This document shows, piece by piece, positions 20,537 through 30,116 of a stretch of DNA of 64,000 nucleotides (positions are counted from its first letter, which is position 1; the number at the start of each line of letters is the position of its first letter). The DNA is from Acidimicrobiia bacterium. GTDB lineage: Bacteria; Actinomycetota; Acidimicrobiia; Acidimicrobiales; Bin134. The position numbers and the translations under genes are program-made. Below the pieces are notes generated by a model. It worked only from the letters and a program-made list of their open reading frames with translations, searched no databases and was not told the origin of the DNA. Location of the stretch: NCBI GenBank assembly GCA_022822265.1, contig JAJECA010000050.1:152890-216889 (forward strand), in the 5' to 3' direction.

Positions 20537-20838
20537 GGTGCCTCCCCCAGAACCGGGGGAACCCGAAACTGGCCGTCCTCGGCAAACGGCGCCTGCGCCA
20601 TAACTTCGTCGCGGTCCAATACCTCGCCAGGAGTGTCGGGCCGGAGCAAGTTGGCGATGGGAAGGGCGTGCATCGTGGGGGGAAGAGCCTCGAGGTCCAG
20701 CGCCTCCACCTCAGCCACGTGGTCCAAGAGCTCGTCGAGCTGACCGGTGAAACGGTCCAGTTCCTCGTCGGTCAGCTCCAAGCGGGCCAAAGCAGCCACA
20801 TGGGCGCATTCAGCCCGGGTGATGCGTTGCTGGCCCAT
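20533..20838 (-). CDS. gatC: Asp/Glu-tRNA amidotransferase subunit C
   Basis: [25 protein letters not shown]; overlaps the gatA start. Confidence 0.93.
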   Translation of the reverse strand: MGQQRITRAECAHVAALARLELTDEELDRFTGQLDELLDHVAEVEALDLEALPPTMHALPIANLLRPDTPGEVLDRDEVMAQAPFAEDGQFRVPPVLGEAP

Positions 20839-20910
20839 ACCGAAGCGAATGGTACCGCCCCAATTGTCGGTTTCCCGCGCCGGAGTCGCTGCGTGGCCTA
20901 CGTTGCCGGG

Positions 20911-21336
20911 GTGGGGTCGCACCCATTTCTCAGTCCACAGTGGATCGAAGCAGCCATGGAACTGCGCGAGGAGTTGGCGTCAAATGCACCCGATCCCGTT
21001 CACACCGCCAGAGTCAACCTGGTGGTCACCGGCGCCCCTTTCGGCGACGGCCAGTTCCGGGCCTACATAGACACCGAAGCGGGAGGCCCGCTGCCCGTTC
21101 CGGGCAATCTGGAAGACCCAGATGCCACCGTAATCCTCGACTACCCAGCAGCTCTGGCCGCATTCGTGACCGACGATCCCGATGCCGTTGCCCACGGCTT
21201 TCTCACCGGCACACTTCGAGTAGACGGCGACTTGGCCCTTGTCCTCATGCTTTTCGGAGAGGGCATGACCGAAGAGCAGATCGCCTTCGCCCGACATGCT
21301 CAGACCCGCCTGCGGGCCATGACCGCCCTGGAATAG
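20911..21336 (+). CDS. SCP2 sterol-binding domain protein
   Basis: HPFLSPQWIEAA, NLVVTGAP, PDATV, FLTGTLRVDGDL; TACGTT-N6-GTG start. Confidence 0.8.
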   Translation: MGSHPFLSPQWIEAAMELREELASNAPDPVHTARVNLVVTGAPFGDGQFRAYIDTEAGGPLPVPGNLEDPDATVILDYPAALAAFVTDDPDAVAHGFLTGTLRVDGDLALVLMLFGEGMTEEQIAFARHAQTRLRAMTALE

Positions 21337-21339
21337 GGC

Positions 21340-23232
21340 TCAGCCCTCTCCTTCTTCCTCGTCGGGCCGGGTGATCAAGTCCACGCACGTTCCGAAGTCC
21401 ACGACCGCATCGGCAGGAGGATTGGACGCCAGGATCTCGGAATCGAGCGGGCCCTCCACCTCGCCAAGGCACAGTCCGACTCCCTCTAGAACACCGGTGG
21501 CGTCGGCTACCCCGAGGGTGGCGGTATCGGGTACCCGTATTTGCTCGGGCCCGGTGGAGACCACCACGGTGATGACCGTGTCGGCGGCCACTTCGGTTCC
21601 TGGCGGGGGCTCGACTCTCACCACATGGTCGACTTCTACCCCGTTGTCGGGGACCCGCCATTCCAACACTCCCAGGCGGACTTGCTCCAGCCTCTCCCTG
21701 GCCACGGCCAGCGATGAGCCGGGTTCTATGTCGGGGACCACGCGGGGCAACGGCCCCAGCGAAACCAACAAGTCCACACTGGAACCCAGCTCAACCTCGG
21801 AGAAAAGCTCGTCAACCTCGATGACCAACCCGGCAATCACCGTTTCGTGTGGGCGCCGGGTGATCTCCCCCACCGACAGACCCGCTGCATCCAGCAATTC
21901 CGTGACGTCTGCTACCGCGAGTCCGGCAAGGTTGGTGGGTATGGCCACCAGTTCAGGGCCCAATGACACCCACACCGTGACCGTCTCCCCTTCCTCCAAC
22001 CCCGTGCCCGGCTCAGGCGCTTGTCGGAGTACTTGGCCCGCGACGGTGCCGTCTTGGCGCTGTTCGAGGCGGTTGAGCACCCAGCCATAATCGCTCTCAA
22101 GGCGGAGCAATTCGGCCTCGTCGGCACCAGCCAGATCGGGCACCGGTTGGGTCTCGGTGCCGAACTGCCTGTCCCAAAGGGCAAATGCCCCAAATCCGGC
22201 AGCCCCCAGCAGCACCAGGGCCACAACTGCCGCCAGCAGCCGACGAAACCCTGGACCTCTGGCGTCTGGAGGTGCGCTTGAGGGCTCTGTTCGCCTCGGC
22301 GGAGCGCCCACCTCAGCGGTTTCCGCGGTGTCGGGGATCTCCGGCCCCGCCTTTGGCAGCGGAATGGGCGCCGGCCGGGGCATTGTTCCCGCCGCGGCCA
22401 AAAGCGCGAGGCCCAAGTCGTGGGCACTGGGACGCTCGTCGCGTTCCGGCCTTCCCGCCATCTCCAACACCCGTCCCAACCGGTCGAATTGACCGGCAAG
22501 GTCGAGTTGGCGGCTCATCTTGGCCATCTGCGTGTACTCGGGATCGTCGGATTCGAATGGCACACGGCCTGACAGCGCCTCGGTGAGCACCAGAACCAGG
22601 GAGTACACGTCGCTCTTTTGGTCGGGGGCCAGGCCCTGAGCCTGCTCGGGGGACGCATAGCGAGCCGCGTCGATCTCCGAGAACACCGACCGCGACGCGA
22701 GCGCTCCACTGGACTCGGACGAAGTCAAGATCCAGGACGTGCCCAGATCCGCCAGACGGGACCGGCCGCGGCCGTCGAACAAGATGTTGGAGGGCCGGAC
22801 ATCTTGATGGACCAAGCCTTGGCGATGGACGTGCTCCAGCGCGCGGGCCATCTCCAATCCAACCATCAGCGTCTGCGAAGGCGAAAGCAAATGCTCAGAG
22901 TTCAATAGTCCCTGAAGGCTCCCACCGGCCAGGTACTCGCTCACCACATAGGGGCCGACTTCGGATTCTCCCCAGTCGTGTACCGCAACCAGGTGCGGGT
23001 GGACCAGCGCAGCAGCCTCCTCGGCAGCCTCCAGGAAGCGGCTGGCGAATACCGCCTCTTGATCCCACCCGTCGGGCAGTACCTCTCCAGCAAGCAGCTT
23101 GACCGTCACACGACGCGATTTCGACAGGTCGTAGGCCAGGTAGACGTGAGTGAACCGACCTGCGCCAATGCGGGTCACGAGACGGAAGCGCCCGCCCAGA
23201 ACTCGGCCGATCTCCCCGCTGCCTTGCGACAC
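21340..23232 (-). CDS. Membrane Ser/Thr protein kinase with PASTA domains (divergent motifs)
   Basis: VTVKLL, VHQDVRPSNIL, LADLG, YASPEQ, SDVYSL, TM helix, about 4 PASTA-like repeats (VPDL..VSLGP); TACCCT-N6-GTG start. Confidence 0.88.
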   Translation of the reverse strand: MSQGSGEIGRVLGGRFRLVTRIGAGRFTHVYLAYDLSKSRRVTVKLLAGEVLPDGWDQEAVFASRFLEAAEEAAALVHPHLVAVHDWGESEVGPYVVSEYLAGGSLQGLLNSEHLLSPSQTLMVGLEMARALEHVHRQGLVHQDVRPSNILFDGRGRSRLADLGTSWILTSSESSGALASRSVFSEIDAARYASPEQAQGLAPDQKSDVYSLVLVLTEALSGRVPFESDDPEYTQMAKMSRQLDLAGQFDRLGRVLEMAGRPERDERPSAHDLGLALLAAAGTMPRPAPIPLPKAGPEIPDTAETAEVGAPPRRTEPSSAPPDARGPGFRRLLAAVVALVLLGAAGFGAFALWDRQFGTETQPVPDLAGADEAELLRLESDYGWVLNRLEQRQDGTVAGQVLRQAPEPGTGLEEGETVTVWVSLGPELVAIPTNLAGLAVADVTELLDAAGLSVGEITRRPHETVIAGLVIEVDELFSEVELGSSVDLLVSLGPLPRVVPDIEPGSSLAVARERLEQVRLGVLEWRVPDNGVEVDHVVRVEPPPGTEVAADTVITVVVSTGPEQIRVPDTATLGVADATGVLEGVGLCLGEVEGPLDSEILASNPPADAVVDFGTCVDLITRPDEEEGEG

Positions 23233-23313
23233 GCTTTGAGGGTACTTGCTGTTTCGAGTTTTTCCGCGCCACCCAGGGTGCCTCCGCGCCCTGTCAGCGG
23301 GCACACTTGAAGC

Positions 23314-23733
23314 GTGCTGGAATCCATCGCCCTACGCCGGGCGCTGTTGGTGGTCGCGGCCTTGATGGGCGCCGCGGCCATCTTGTTGGCGTTGTTTCTG
23401 GCCGACACCGATGACAACGACGTGACCGTTACCGGCAATGCCGCGGTGGACGAGCTCATCCCCCCTCGCAATGCAGAGGTTCTCTCCCAGGAAACCGTGG
23501 GCATCGACTTGGCCATCGGCTACGACGCCCGCCTGGTCATCAACGGGGTGGAGATTCCGCCCGCTCAGATTCGCCATTTCCCCAATCTCAACCGGTTCAC
23601 ATTCCGGCCTGACCAGGGCAAGGCGATCGAAAGCCTGCGCGCCGAACAGAATTGCGCCCAGGTGACCTACTGGCGCCAAGAGGCCGGCCCCACAGAGGCC
23701 GACACCATCTCCTGGTGCTTCTCTGCGTCCTAG
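23314..23733 (+). CDS. Hypothetical membrane-anchored/exported protein
   Basis: N-terminal hydrophobic helix, beta-rich domain, two C-terminal Cys. Confidence 0.7.
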   Translation: MLESIALRRALLVVAALMGAAAILLALFLADTDDNDVTVTGNAAVDELIPPRNAEVLSQETVGIDLAIGYDARLVINGVEIPPAQIRHFPNLNRFTFRPDQGKAIESLRAEQNCAQVTYWRQEAGPTEADTISWCFSAS

Positions 23734-24257
23734 TCGGAAGGCTCTTCCGGCTGCACCCCTCCGTCGAGAGACCGCAGGGATGCCTCCAACGTGCGCAAAT
23801 AGGCCGCGAATTCCTCCGACTCCCCGTCCCGCAACCACTCCAGACGGGCCCGCTCGCGTGCCAAGTGTTCGCCCATGAGACGGTCGATGAGGTCTTTGCC
23901 CTCGGGGCTGAGCTGGGCCATCATCACCCGGCGGTCGTCGGGGTCAGGCACCCGACGCACCAGATTCAGCTTCTCCAGCTGGTCCACCCGACCGGTCATT
24001 CCCCCGGAAGTGAGCATGGTCATAGCCGCCAGCTCACTGGGCTTGGCTTGAAAGGGAGCGCCGTTTCTCCGCAACGCCGCCAGCACGTCGAACAAACCCA
24101 GGGTAAGGCCATGCGGACGGAGAAAATCAGTCATCGACTGCTCGAATAAGCGGTCGATACGGGAGATGCGCCCGAAGATCCCGATGGGCGATGCGTCCAA
24201 ATCGGGGCGCTCGCTGGCCCATTGCTCCAGAATCGAGTCCACTCGGTCGTGGGTCAT
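23730..24257 (-). CDS. MarR family regulator, UrtR/TamR/PecS-like
   Basis: DRVDSILEQWASERPDLD N-terminal helix with Trp, FDVLAALRR, TSGGMTGRVDQLE, PDPDDRR. Confidence 0.9.
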   Translation of the reverse strand: MTHDRVDSILEQWASERPDLDASPIGIFGRISRIDRLFEQSMTDFLRPHGLTLGLFDVLAALRRNGAPFQAKPSELAAMTMLTSGGMTGRVDQLEKLNLVRRVPDPDDRRVMMAQLSPEGKDLIDRLMGEHLARERARLEWLRDGESEEFAAYLRTLEASLRSLDGGVQPEEPSD

Positions 24258-25495
24258 GTCAACTCCTCCAGCACCGTCCCGATGGTGTCGGCTACTCGGT
24301 CCACCTCAGTAGTGGTGAATGTGAACGGCGGGTAGATGCCCAAGTGGTCGGCTTGTGCCCGCACCAGTACCCCGGCTGCCTGGATGCGCCTCTGGGCTTC
24401 CGCCACCAGCGGCTCCGGATTGTCTGCGGCCAGTTCCACCGCGGCCAGCATCCCCTCGCCGCGAACCTCGGCCACCACTGGCAGGGAATCCAAACTGCCT
24501 ACCCGCTCCTGAAGGTGCCGACCGGTCTGGAGGCTGTGATCCACTAGGGCCTCCCGCTCGAGGATCTCAATCACCTTCAGCCCGGCGACGCAGGCCGCGG
24601 GATGGCCGCTGTAGGTATAGCCGTGCATCAGCTCGATTGAGCCTTCTGGATCGACGAACTCCTCATGAATCCGGGTGCTGGCAATGGCCGCCCCCATCGG
24701 GATGTAGGCCGACGTCAACCCTTTGGCCACGGTCATGATGTCGGGAACCACTCCGTAGCGGTGACCCCCGAACCAGTAGCCCAGCCGACCGAATCCGCAG
24801 ACAACCTCATCCAGGACCAGCAGCACATCGTGGCGGTCGCACATCGCCCTGACCTCGGACAAATAGCACTCCGGGGGCGGATAGACCCCTCCCGCGGCTT
24901 GCACCGGCTCCATGATCACCGCGGCGATGGTGCTCGGATCGCGAAAGGCCAGTTCCCGTTCCAGCGCGTCGATGTCGTGGGCCGGGACTTGGGTGCAGCC
25001 CTCCAGCAGGGGTCCGAACCCCGACCGGTTCTCGGTGAGGCCGCCTACTGATATCCCCCCGAAGTTCATGCCGTGATAGCCCCGATGCAGCGACACGAAG
25101 CCGGTCTTGGACGCCTGACCGATACGGCGCCAGTACCCGCGGGCGATCTTCATGGCGGTCTCGACTGCTTCGGAACCTGAGTTGGTGAAGAACACGTGGT
25201 TCAGGTCGCCCGGGGTTCGGGCGACAACCGCCTCAGCCAGCTCCTCGGCCCGAGGGTGGCTGTATCCGAACAGGCAGTGGTACTCCAGGGTACGCAGTTG
25301 TTCGCTCACCGCCTCGGCGATCTCGGTTCGGCCGTGTCCCAGGATCACACAGGCCACACCCCCGGCGGTGGCATCGAGCAGCCGGTTTCCGTCGTCGGTC
25401 TCCACATAGTTGCCATCGCCGGCCACCACCACCGGAGGCCTGCTGCCACCCGCCGAGGTGAAGGGCATCCACAATGGGGCAGTGTCGCTGCTCAT
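24254..25495 (-). CDS. Class III aminotransferase (omega-amino acid/beta-alanine:pyruvate-like)
   Basis: LWMPFT, FFTNSGSEAVETAMK, GYHGMNFGGISVGG, DEVVCGFGR, AKGLT, HGYTYSGHP. Confidence 0.92.
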   Translation of the reverse strand: MSSDTAPLWMPFTSAGGSRPPVVVAGDGNYVETDDGNRLLDATAGGVACVILGHGRTEIAEAVSEQLRTLEYHCLFGYSHPRAEELAEAVVARTPGDLNHVFFTNSGSEAVETAMKIARGYWRRIGQASKTGFVSLHRGYHGMNFGGISVGGLTENRSGFGPLLEGCTQVPAHDIDALERELAFRDPSTIAAVIMEPVQAAGGVYPPPECYLSEVRAMCDRHDVLLVLDEVVCGFGRLGYWFGGHRYGVVPDIMTVAKGLTSAYIPMGAAIASTRIHEEFVDPEGSIELMHGYTYSGHPAACVAGLKVIEILEREALVDHSLQTGRHLQERVGSLDSLPVVAEVRGEGMLAAVELAADNPEPLVAEAQRRIQAAGVLVRAQADHLGIYPPFTFTTTEVDRVADTIGTVLEELT

Positions 25496-26283
25496 GGCCC
25501 GCTCCGGGCATCCCGCCACGCCAGCAGTGACTCCAGTTCTTCCATCCGATAGTCGGGGCCCGACCGGACCAAGATGAGGTGCTCAGCCCCGGCCGCCGCG
25601 TAGTCGTCGTAGGTGGAATCGCTAGCAATCTCGAACAACGCCACCGTTCGCTCCACCTTTGCCGGGTCGCGTTCGGCCCGCTCGCACCATTGGTCCAGCA
25701 CCCCGTTGAGGTGGGCGATCTCTTCGGGAGTGCCCCACCCGTTCCAGGCATCGGCTAGGCGAGCGCACACGTCCAGGGTCATCCGCTCCCCTAGCCCGCC
25801 GACCAAGATGGGAAGCGGCCCCACCGGCCCGGGCCTTAGCTTTTCGAGCCGTCGGCGGATGCGATGGATGGCGACCTCCATCTCGCGGATCCGATCGGCA
25901 TCGCCGGACATTGCATACCCGTAGGAGTAGTAGTCCTGCTCCAGCCAGCCCGAGCCCAGGCCGAGCACCACTCGGCCTCCAGATGCGTGGTCCACCGTGC
26001 GGGCCATGTCGGCCAGCAGGTCGGGGTTGCGGAATCCGGTGCAGGTGACCAGCGGGCCGATCTGCGCCCTGCTGGTGACTGACGCCATGGCGGCCAGGGT
26101 GGACCAGCACTCAAAGGCGGTGCCGTCAGGGTCTCCGTCAATGGGGAAGAAGTGGTCGAACGTCCAGATGCTGTCAGCCCCGGCCTCATCGGCGTAACGC
26201 CATGCGGCCTCCATCTCGTCCCAGCTCACATGGTTGGGCCGGATCTGGACTCCCACACGCGGCGGCATCTCAATCTCCTTCAT
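25492..26283 (-). CDS. LLM-class (probably F420-dependent) oxidoreductase
   Basis: WTFDHFFP, ECWSTLAAMA, FRNPDLLADMARTVDHASGGR..GLGSGW. Confidence 0.9.
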   Translation of the reverse strand: MKEIEMPPRVGVQIRPNHVSWDEMEAAWRYADEAGADSIWTFDHFFPIDGDPDGTAFECWSTLAAMASVTSRAQIGPLVTCTGFRNPDLLADMARTVDHASGGRVVLGLGSGWLEQDYYSYGYAMSGDADRIREMEVAIHRIRRRLEKLRPGPVGPLPILVGGLGERMTLDVCARLADAWNGWGTPEEIAHLNGVLDQWCERAERDPAKVERTVALFEIASDSTYDDYAAAGAEHLILVRSGPDYRMEELESLLAWRDARSGP

Positions 26284-27085
26284 GAGACGCGGCCAAACCG
26301 GTGATGAGCGACACCAGCTTTTGGGCGTCGGTGCTGTGGGCGTCCAAAAGCTCGATGAGCTGCCCCCGGCGCATCACCGCGATCCGGTCGGCGAGGCGGA
26401 ACACCTGGTCGAGGTTGTGGCTGACCACGATTATGGTCAGCTTGCGCTCTCGCAGTGTGGTGATGAGGTCCTCCACCCGGGCGGTCTCGGCGATACCCAG
26501 CGCGGCGGTGGGCTCGTCCATGATGATCACCTCGTTGCCCCAGTTCATGGCCCGGGCGATGGCCACTCCCTGACGCTGACCCCCGGAGAAGTGCTGAACA
26601 GGGATGCGGACAGAGGGAATCTTGATATTGAGCCGCCGGATGATCTGCTCGGTGTCCCGCCGCATGGCCCGACGCCGCAGAAAGGTGAGCGGCCCCCACC
26701 CCACCTTGAGCTCCCGTCCCATGAATAGGTTTTGGGCGGCATCCAGATTGTCGGCCAGCGCCAGGTCTTGGTACACGGTTTCAATGCCCGCTGTCCGGGC
26801 ATCCAGCGGAGAGCGGAATCGGCGGGTCTCACCGTGCAGCACCACGCTTCCCGCGTCGGGCTGCTCCGCTCCGGAGATCACCTTCAACAGAGTGCTCTTG
26901 CCGGCCCCGTTGTCGCCGACAATGGCGGTGAGCGTGCCGGCGGGGAAGTCCAGCGACACGTCGCGGAGGGCAACCACTCCTCCGTAGCGCTTGTGGATCC
27001 CCGAAACGCTCAGCGCGATATCCGGTGACTGGGAATCCTCAGAGCGGGGGGATTCGACTGCCGATCCAGGCTGGCCTGCGGTCAT
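26270..27085 (-). CDS. Sugar-type ABC transporter ATP-binding protein (single NBD)
   Basis: GDNGAGKS, IETVYQDLAL, FSGGQRQ, MDEPTAALG, SHN. Confidence 0.95.
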   Translation of the reverse strand: MTAGQPGSAVESPRSEDSQSPDIALSVSGIHKRYGGVVALRDVSLDFPAGTLTAIVGDNGAGKSTLLKVISGAEQPDAGSVVLHGETRRFRSPLDARTAGIETVYQDLALADNLDAAQNLFMGRELKVGWGPLTFLRRRAMRRDTEQIIRRLNIKIPSVRIPVQHFSGGQRQGVAIARAMNWGNEVIIMDEPTAALGIAETARVEDLITTLRERKLTIIVVSHNLDQVFRLADRIAVMRRGQLIELLDAHSTDAQKLVSLITGLAASHEGD

Positions 27086-29403
27086 GATCTGGCTCCCTGC
27101 AATTGGTCGAACAAGTAGTAAGGCGACACGGGCACTTGGTTCACCTCGATGCCGAGGCCGCCCAACGCGTCTTCGACGGCGTTGGCCACAGCCGCCGGCG
27201 GCGAAATCGCCCCCGCCTCTCCCACGCCCTTGATGCCCAATGGGTTGAGCGGCGAAGGCGTCTCCAGGTGGGCGACGGCCAATTCAGGCACCCCGGCGGC
27301 GTCGGGCACCAGATAGTCGGCCAGGCTGGGGTTCTGGGGCTGCCCGTCGGCGTCGTAGACCGCCTGCTCGAACAGCGCCGCTCCGATCCCCTGGGCCACT
27401 CCTCCGGCGATCTGGCCGTCCACGATCATGGGAGAAAGCAGCGGTCCGCAATCATGGGCGACCACGTAGTCGAGGATCTCCACCGCTCCCGTGGACGGAT
27501 CGACCGCAACCCGTGCTGCGTGCACTCCGGCAGCAAAGGTGACCGTCGCCGGCTCGAAGCAGACCATCTCGTCAAGTCCGGGGGTGCTGCCGTTGGCAAA
27601 GTCGCCTCCGGGGGCGAAGCCTTCAGCGACTTCGGCCAGCTCCATGCGCCGGGTCGGAGTTCCCACCACCTCCACCACGCCGTTGTGGATGCGCAGGTCG
27701 GCGGGGGCCAGTTCCCACCGCTGAGCCACTGCGTTGACAATCCGGTCTCGCAGCACCCCGGCAGCCTCGTGGATCGCACTGCCGGCCACCACCGCGCTTC
27801 GACTGGCCAGAGTGCCCCATCCATACTCGACTGCGGCAGTGTCGCCCCCGATCACCGTCACGCGTTCAGGGTCGGCGCCCAGCGCTTGGGCGCACACTTC
27901 AGCGAACACGGTCTCGTGTCCTTGGCCCTGAGAACAGGCACCGGTTGACACCTCGACCCAGCCGGTCTCATCAACCCGAACCCGGGCGCTCTCGAACGGT
28001 CCGACCCCTGTTCCCTCCACATAGGTGGACACACCGACGCCGACCAGTCGGCCGGCTTCATCCGGCGCCCCTCCCCGGAGGCCGTCGGCCATATTGCCCA
28101 TGGCCATAGCCGCCTCGAAACAGCCGGAGAAATCACCGCTGTCGTATGTCATGGGCGTGCCATCCCGATAGTTGAGGCCGACGGTATAGGGCATTTCCTC
28201 GGCCCCGATTAGGTTTCGACGGCGAAGTTCTACCGGGTCAATGCCCATCTCTCGGGCGGCGACGTCGATGATGCGGTCCATGGCAAAGACGGCTTCAGGT
28301 CGGCCCGCTCCCCGATAGGGCGAGATCGGGGCTTTGTTGGTCACTACTGCGGTGGCCTCCACATCCAGCGCCGGCACCCGATAGCACCCGCACAGGTGGG
28401 CCAGCGTGTTGTAGGGCTGGACCACGCCCAGTGGATTGGCCGCTCCGTTGTCAACCACGAATCGGTCGCGCACCCCCAGTATGCGGCCGTCGCCGTCGAG
28501 GGCTAGTTCGATGTCGTGGATCTGGTCTCGGGAATGGATGGCGGCCAGGCCGTGCTCGCTTCGCTGCTCGACCCATTTGAGAGGGACTCCCATCTCCAGC
28601 GCCAGGAAGGCCATGACCAGTTCTTCGGCGTAGGGAATGGCCTTGACGCCGAATCCGCCGCCCACGTCGGGGGCCACAACCCGGATTCGGTGAGCTGGTC
28701 TGCTTAGCGACTTGGCCAAGGCGGTGCGCAGCGGATGGGGAATCTGAGTGCTGCTCCACACCGTGAGCAGATCGGTGCGGGGATCGTTTTCGGCCACCAC
28801 GCCCCTCGGCTCCATAGGGTGACAAGCCAGTCTGCCCGAGTGCAGGCGGCGTCGACTGACATGGGCGGCTTCGGCGAAGGCGCTGTCTGTGTCGCCGAAA
28901 CCGGCGGCCACGAACAACGAGCGGTTGTCGGGCCAGTGGTCATACAGCCGGGGAGCATCATCGGCCAGCGCGGCGAAGGGATCGACAACCGGCGGACGGG
29001 GAGCCAGGTCTAGAAGAACCCGATCAGCTGCGTCTGCTGCGCCATAGGGGGTGTCGGCGATCACCACGGCAATGGGGTCGCCCACGTGCCGTACCCGGTC
29101 TACCGCAAGCAGCGGCCGACCTTCATGGCGTACAAACAGCCGCTCGTCGCCCAGCGTCTCCAGCAATTTGTCCTGGTAGACGCCACCATCGGCCTCGTTG
29201 GGCGCCATCGTGTCGATCCGTCCGACCAGATCCGCGCCGGTCCAGCCGACAACCTCCGAGGGAAGCTCCACCCCGTTCACGTCGGCGTGAGCCACAGGAC
29301 TGCGCACGAAGGAGACATACCGCATCGACGGAAGCTCGATATCGGCCACGTAGCGTCCGTCGCCCCGCAACAGCCGGGAATCCTCCCGCCGCAGTGTCTT
29401 CAC
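27082..29403 (-). CDS. Xanthine dehydrogenase/CoxL-family molybdopterin-binding large subunit
   Basis: RREDSRLLRG.G.YVAD, PMEPRG, STQIPH, DVGGGFG.K, PYRGAGRPE, QGQGHET, GIKGVGEAG; GTGA overlap with the upstream gene. Confidence 0.93.
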   Translation of the reverse strand: MKTLRREDSRLLRGDGRYVADIELPSMRYVSFVRSPVAHADVNGVELPSEVVGWTGADLVGRIDTMAPNEADGGVYQDKLLETLGDERLFVRHEGRPLLAVDRVRHVGDPIAVVIADTPYGAADAADRVLLDLAPRPPVVDPFAALADDAPRLYDHWPDNRSLFVAAGFGDTDSAFAEAAHVSRRRLHSGRLACHPMEPRGVVAENDPRTDLLTVWSSTQIPHPLRTALAKSLSRPAHRIRVVAPDVGGGFGVKAIPYAEELVMAFLALEMGVPLKWVEQRSEHGLAAIHSRDQIHDIELALDGDGRILGVRDRFVVDNGAANPLGVVQPYNTLAHLCGCYRVPALDVEATAVVTNKAPISPYRGAGRPEAVFAMDRIIDVAAREMGIDPVELRRRNLIGAEEMPYTVGLNYRDGTPMTYDSGDFSGCFEAAMAMGNMADGLRGGAPDEAGRLVGVGVSTYVEGTGVGPFESARVRVDETGWVEVSTGACSQGQGHETVFAEVCAQALGADPERVTVIGGDTAAVEYGWGTLASRSAVVAGSAIHEAAGVLRDRIVNAVAQRWELAPADLRIHNGVVEVVGTPTRRMELAEVAEGFAPGGDFANGSTPGLDEMVCFEPATVTFAAGVHAARVAVDPSTGAVEILDYVVAHDCGPLLSPMIVDGQIAGGVAQGIGAALFEQAVYDADGQPQNPSLADYLVPDAAGVPELAVAHLETPSPLNPLGIKGVGEAGAISPPAAVANAVEDALGGLGIEVNQVPVSPYYLFDQLQGARS

Positions 29404-30116
29404 CGGGCCAACTCCACGGCCCAGTAGTCCCACTGGGTGTGGGTGTACTCCTCAAGAGTCAGCCCGTCAGTAAGCAACTCTTCGGTCAGCTCTGTCGGGT
29501 CGATGGCCGCTACGGGGCCCAGGCCTTGGGCCATGATCTGCAATCGGGCCGAGCGCTCAAGGTTCACCGCACTTACCGTGGCCTCCTCGATGGAGGATCC
29601 CACCACAGTGAGCCCGTGGCCCTTCAACAAGATCCCCTTCCGGTCTCCCATGGCTGCGGCCACTGCTCGGCCGCGTTCGGGGTCGTCGATCTGCACCGCG
29701 GAGTCGTACACCGGTACGCCGTCGGCGAACAGGGTGCACAGGTGCCAGACCGGGGCAAGAGGAACGTCGGTCATCGAGAACGCGATGCAGTGCATGGGAT
29801 GGGCGTGGATAACCGCTCCCACATCGGGGCGGGCCCGATAAATCTCGGTGTGCATGAACCGCTCGCCGGGGGCCTCCATCGAACCCTCGACCACCTCGCC
29901 ATCCAGGTCCATAATCACCACATCATCAGGGTCGGTCTCGGCCAGGTCTTTGACGTCATCGTGGGTGTGGCCCAATACGGCCACCAGGTCGGTTCCCGGA
30001 ATCCGGGCCGAGGGGTGGCCAAAGGGACCGATCAGCCGCTCTCGGACCAGAATCCGGGTCGAGGTGGCGATCTTCTCCTTGAGGTCGGCAATGGCCTCGG
30101 GCTGTTGGATGCTCAT
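29400..30116 (-). CDS. Class II aldolase/adducin family protein (probable decarboxylase type)
   Basis: FGHPSAR, PGERFMHTEIYRARPDVGAVIHAHP, LLKGHG. Confidence 0.9.
   Translation of the reverse strand: MSIQQPEAIADLKEKIATSTRILVRERLIGPFGHPSARIPGTDLVAVLGHTHDDVKDLAETDPDDVVIMDLDGEVVEGSMEAPGERFMHTEIYRARPDVGAVIHAHPMHCIAFSMTDVPLAPVWHLCTLFADGVPVYDSAVQIDDPERGRAVAAAMGDRKGILLKGHGLTVVGSSIEEATVSAVNLERSARLQIMAQGLGPVAAIDPTELTEELLTDGLTLEEYTHTQWDYWAVELAR

Noticed and set aside
16388-21336. Split SdsA1-type sulfatase (catalytic gene plus separate SCP2 gene)
   Set aside because: The SCP2 gene is on the opposite strand beyond gatCAB, and stand-alone SCP2 proteins are common; no evidence of linkage
27082-29403. 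Aerobic CO dehydrogenase (coxL form I)
   Set aside because: Active-site loop is PYRGAGR, not AYxCSFR; no coxM/coxS or accessory genes
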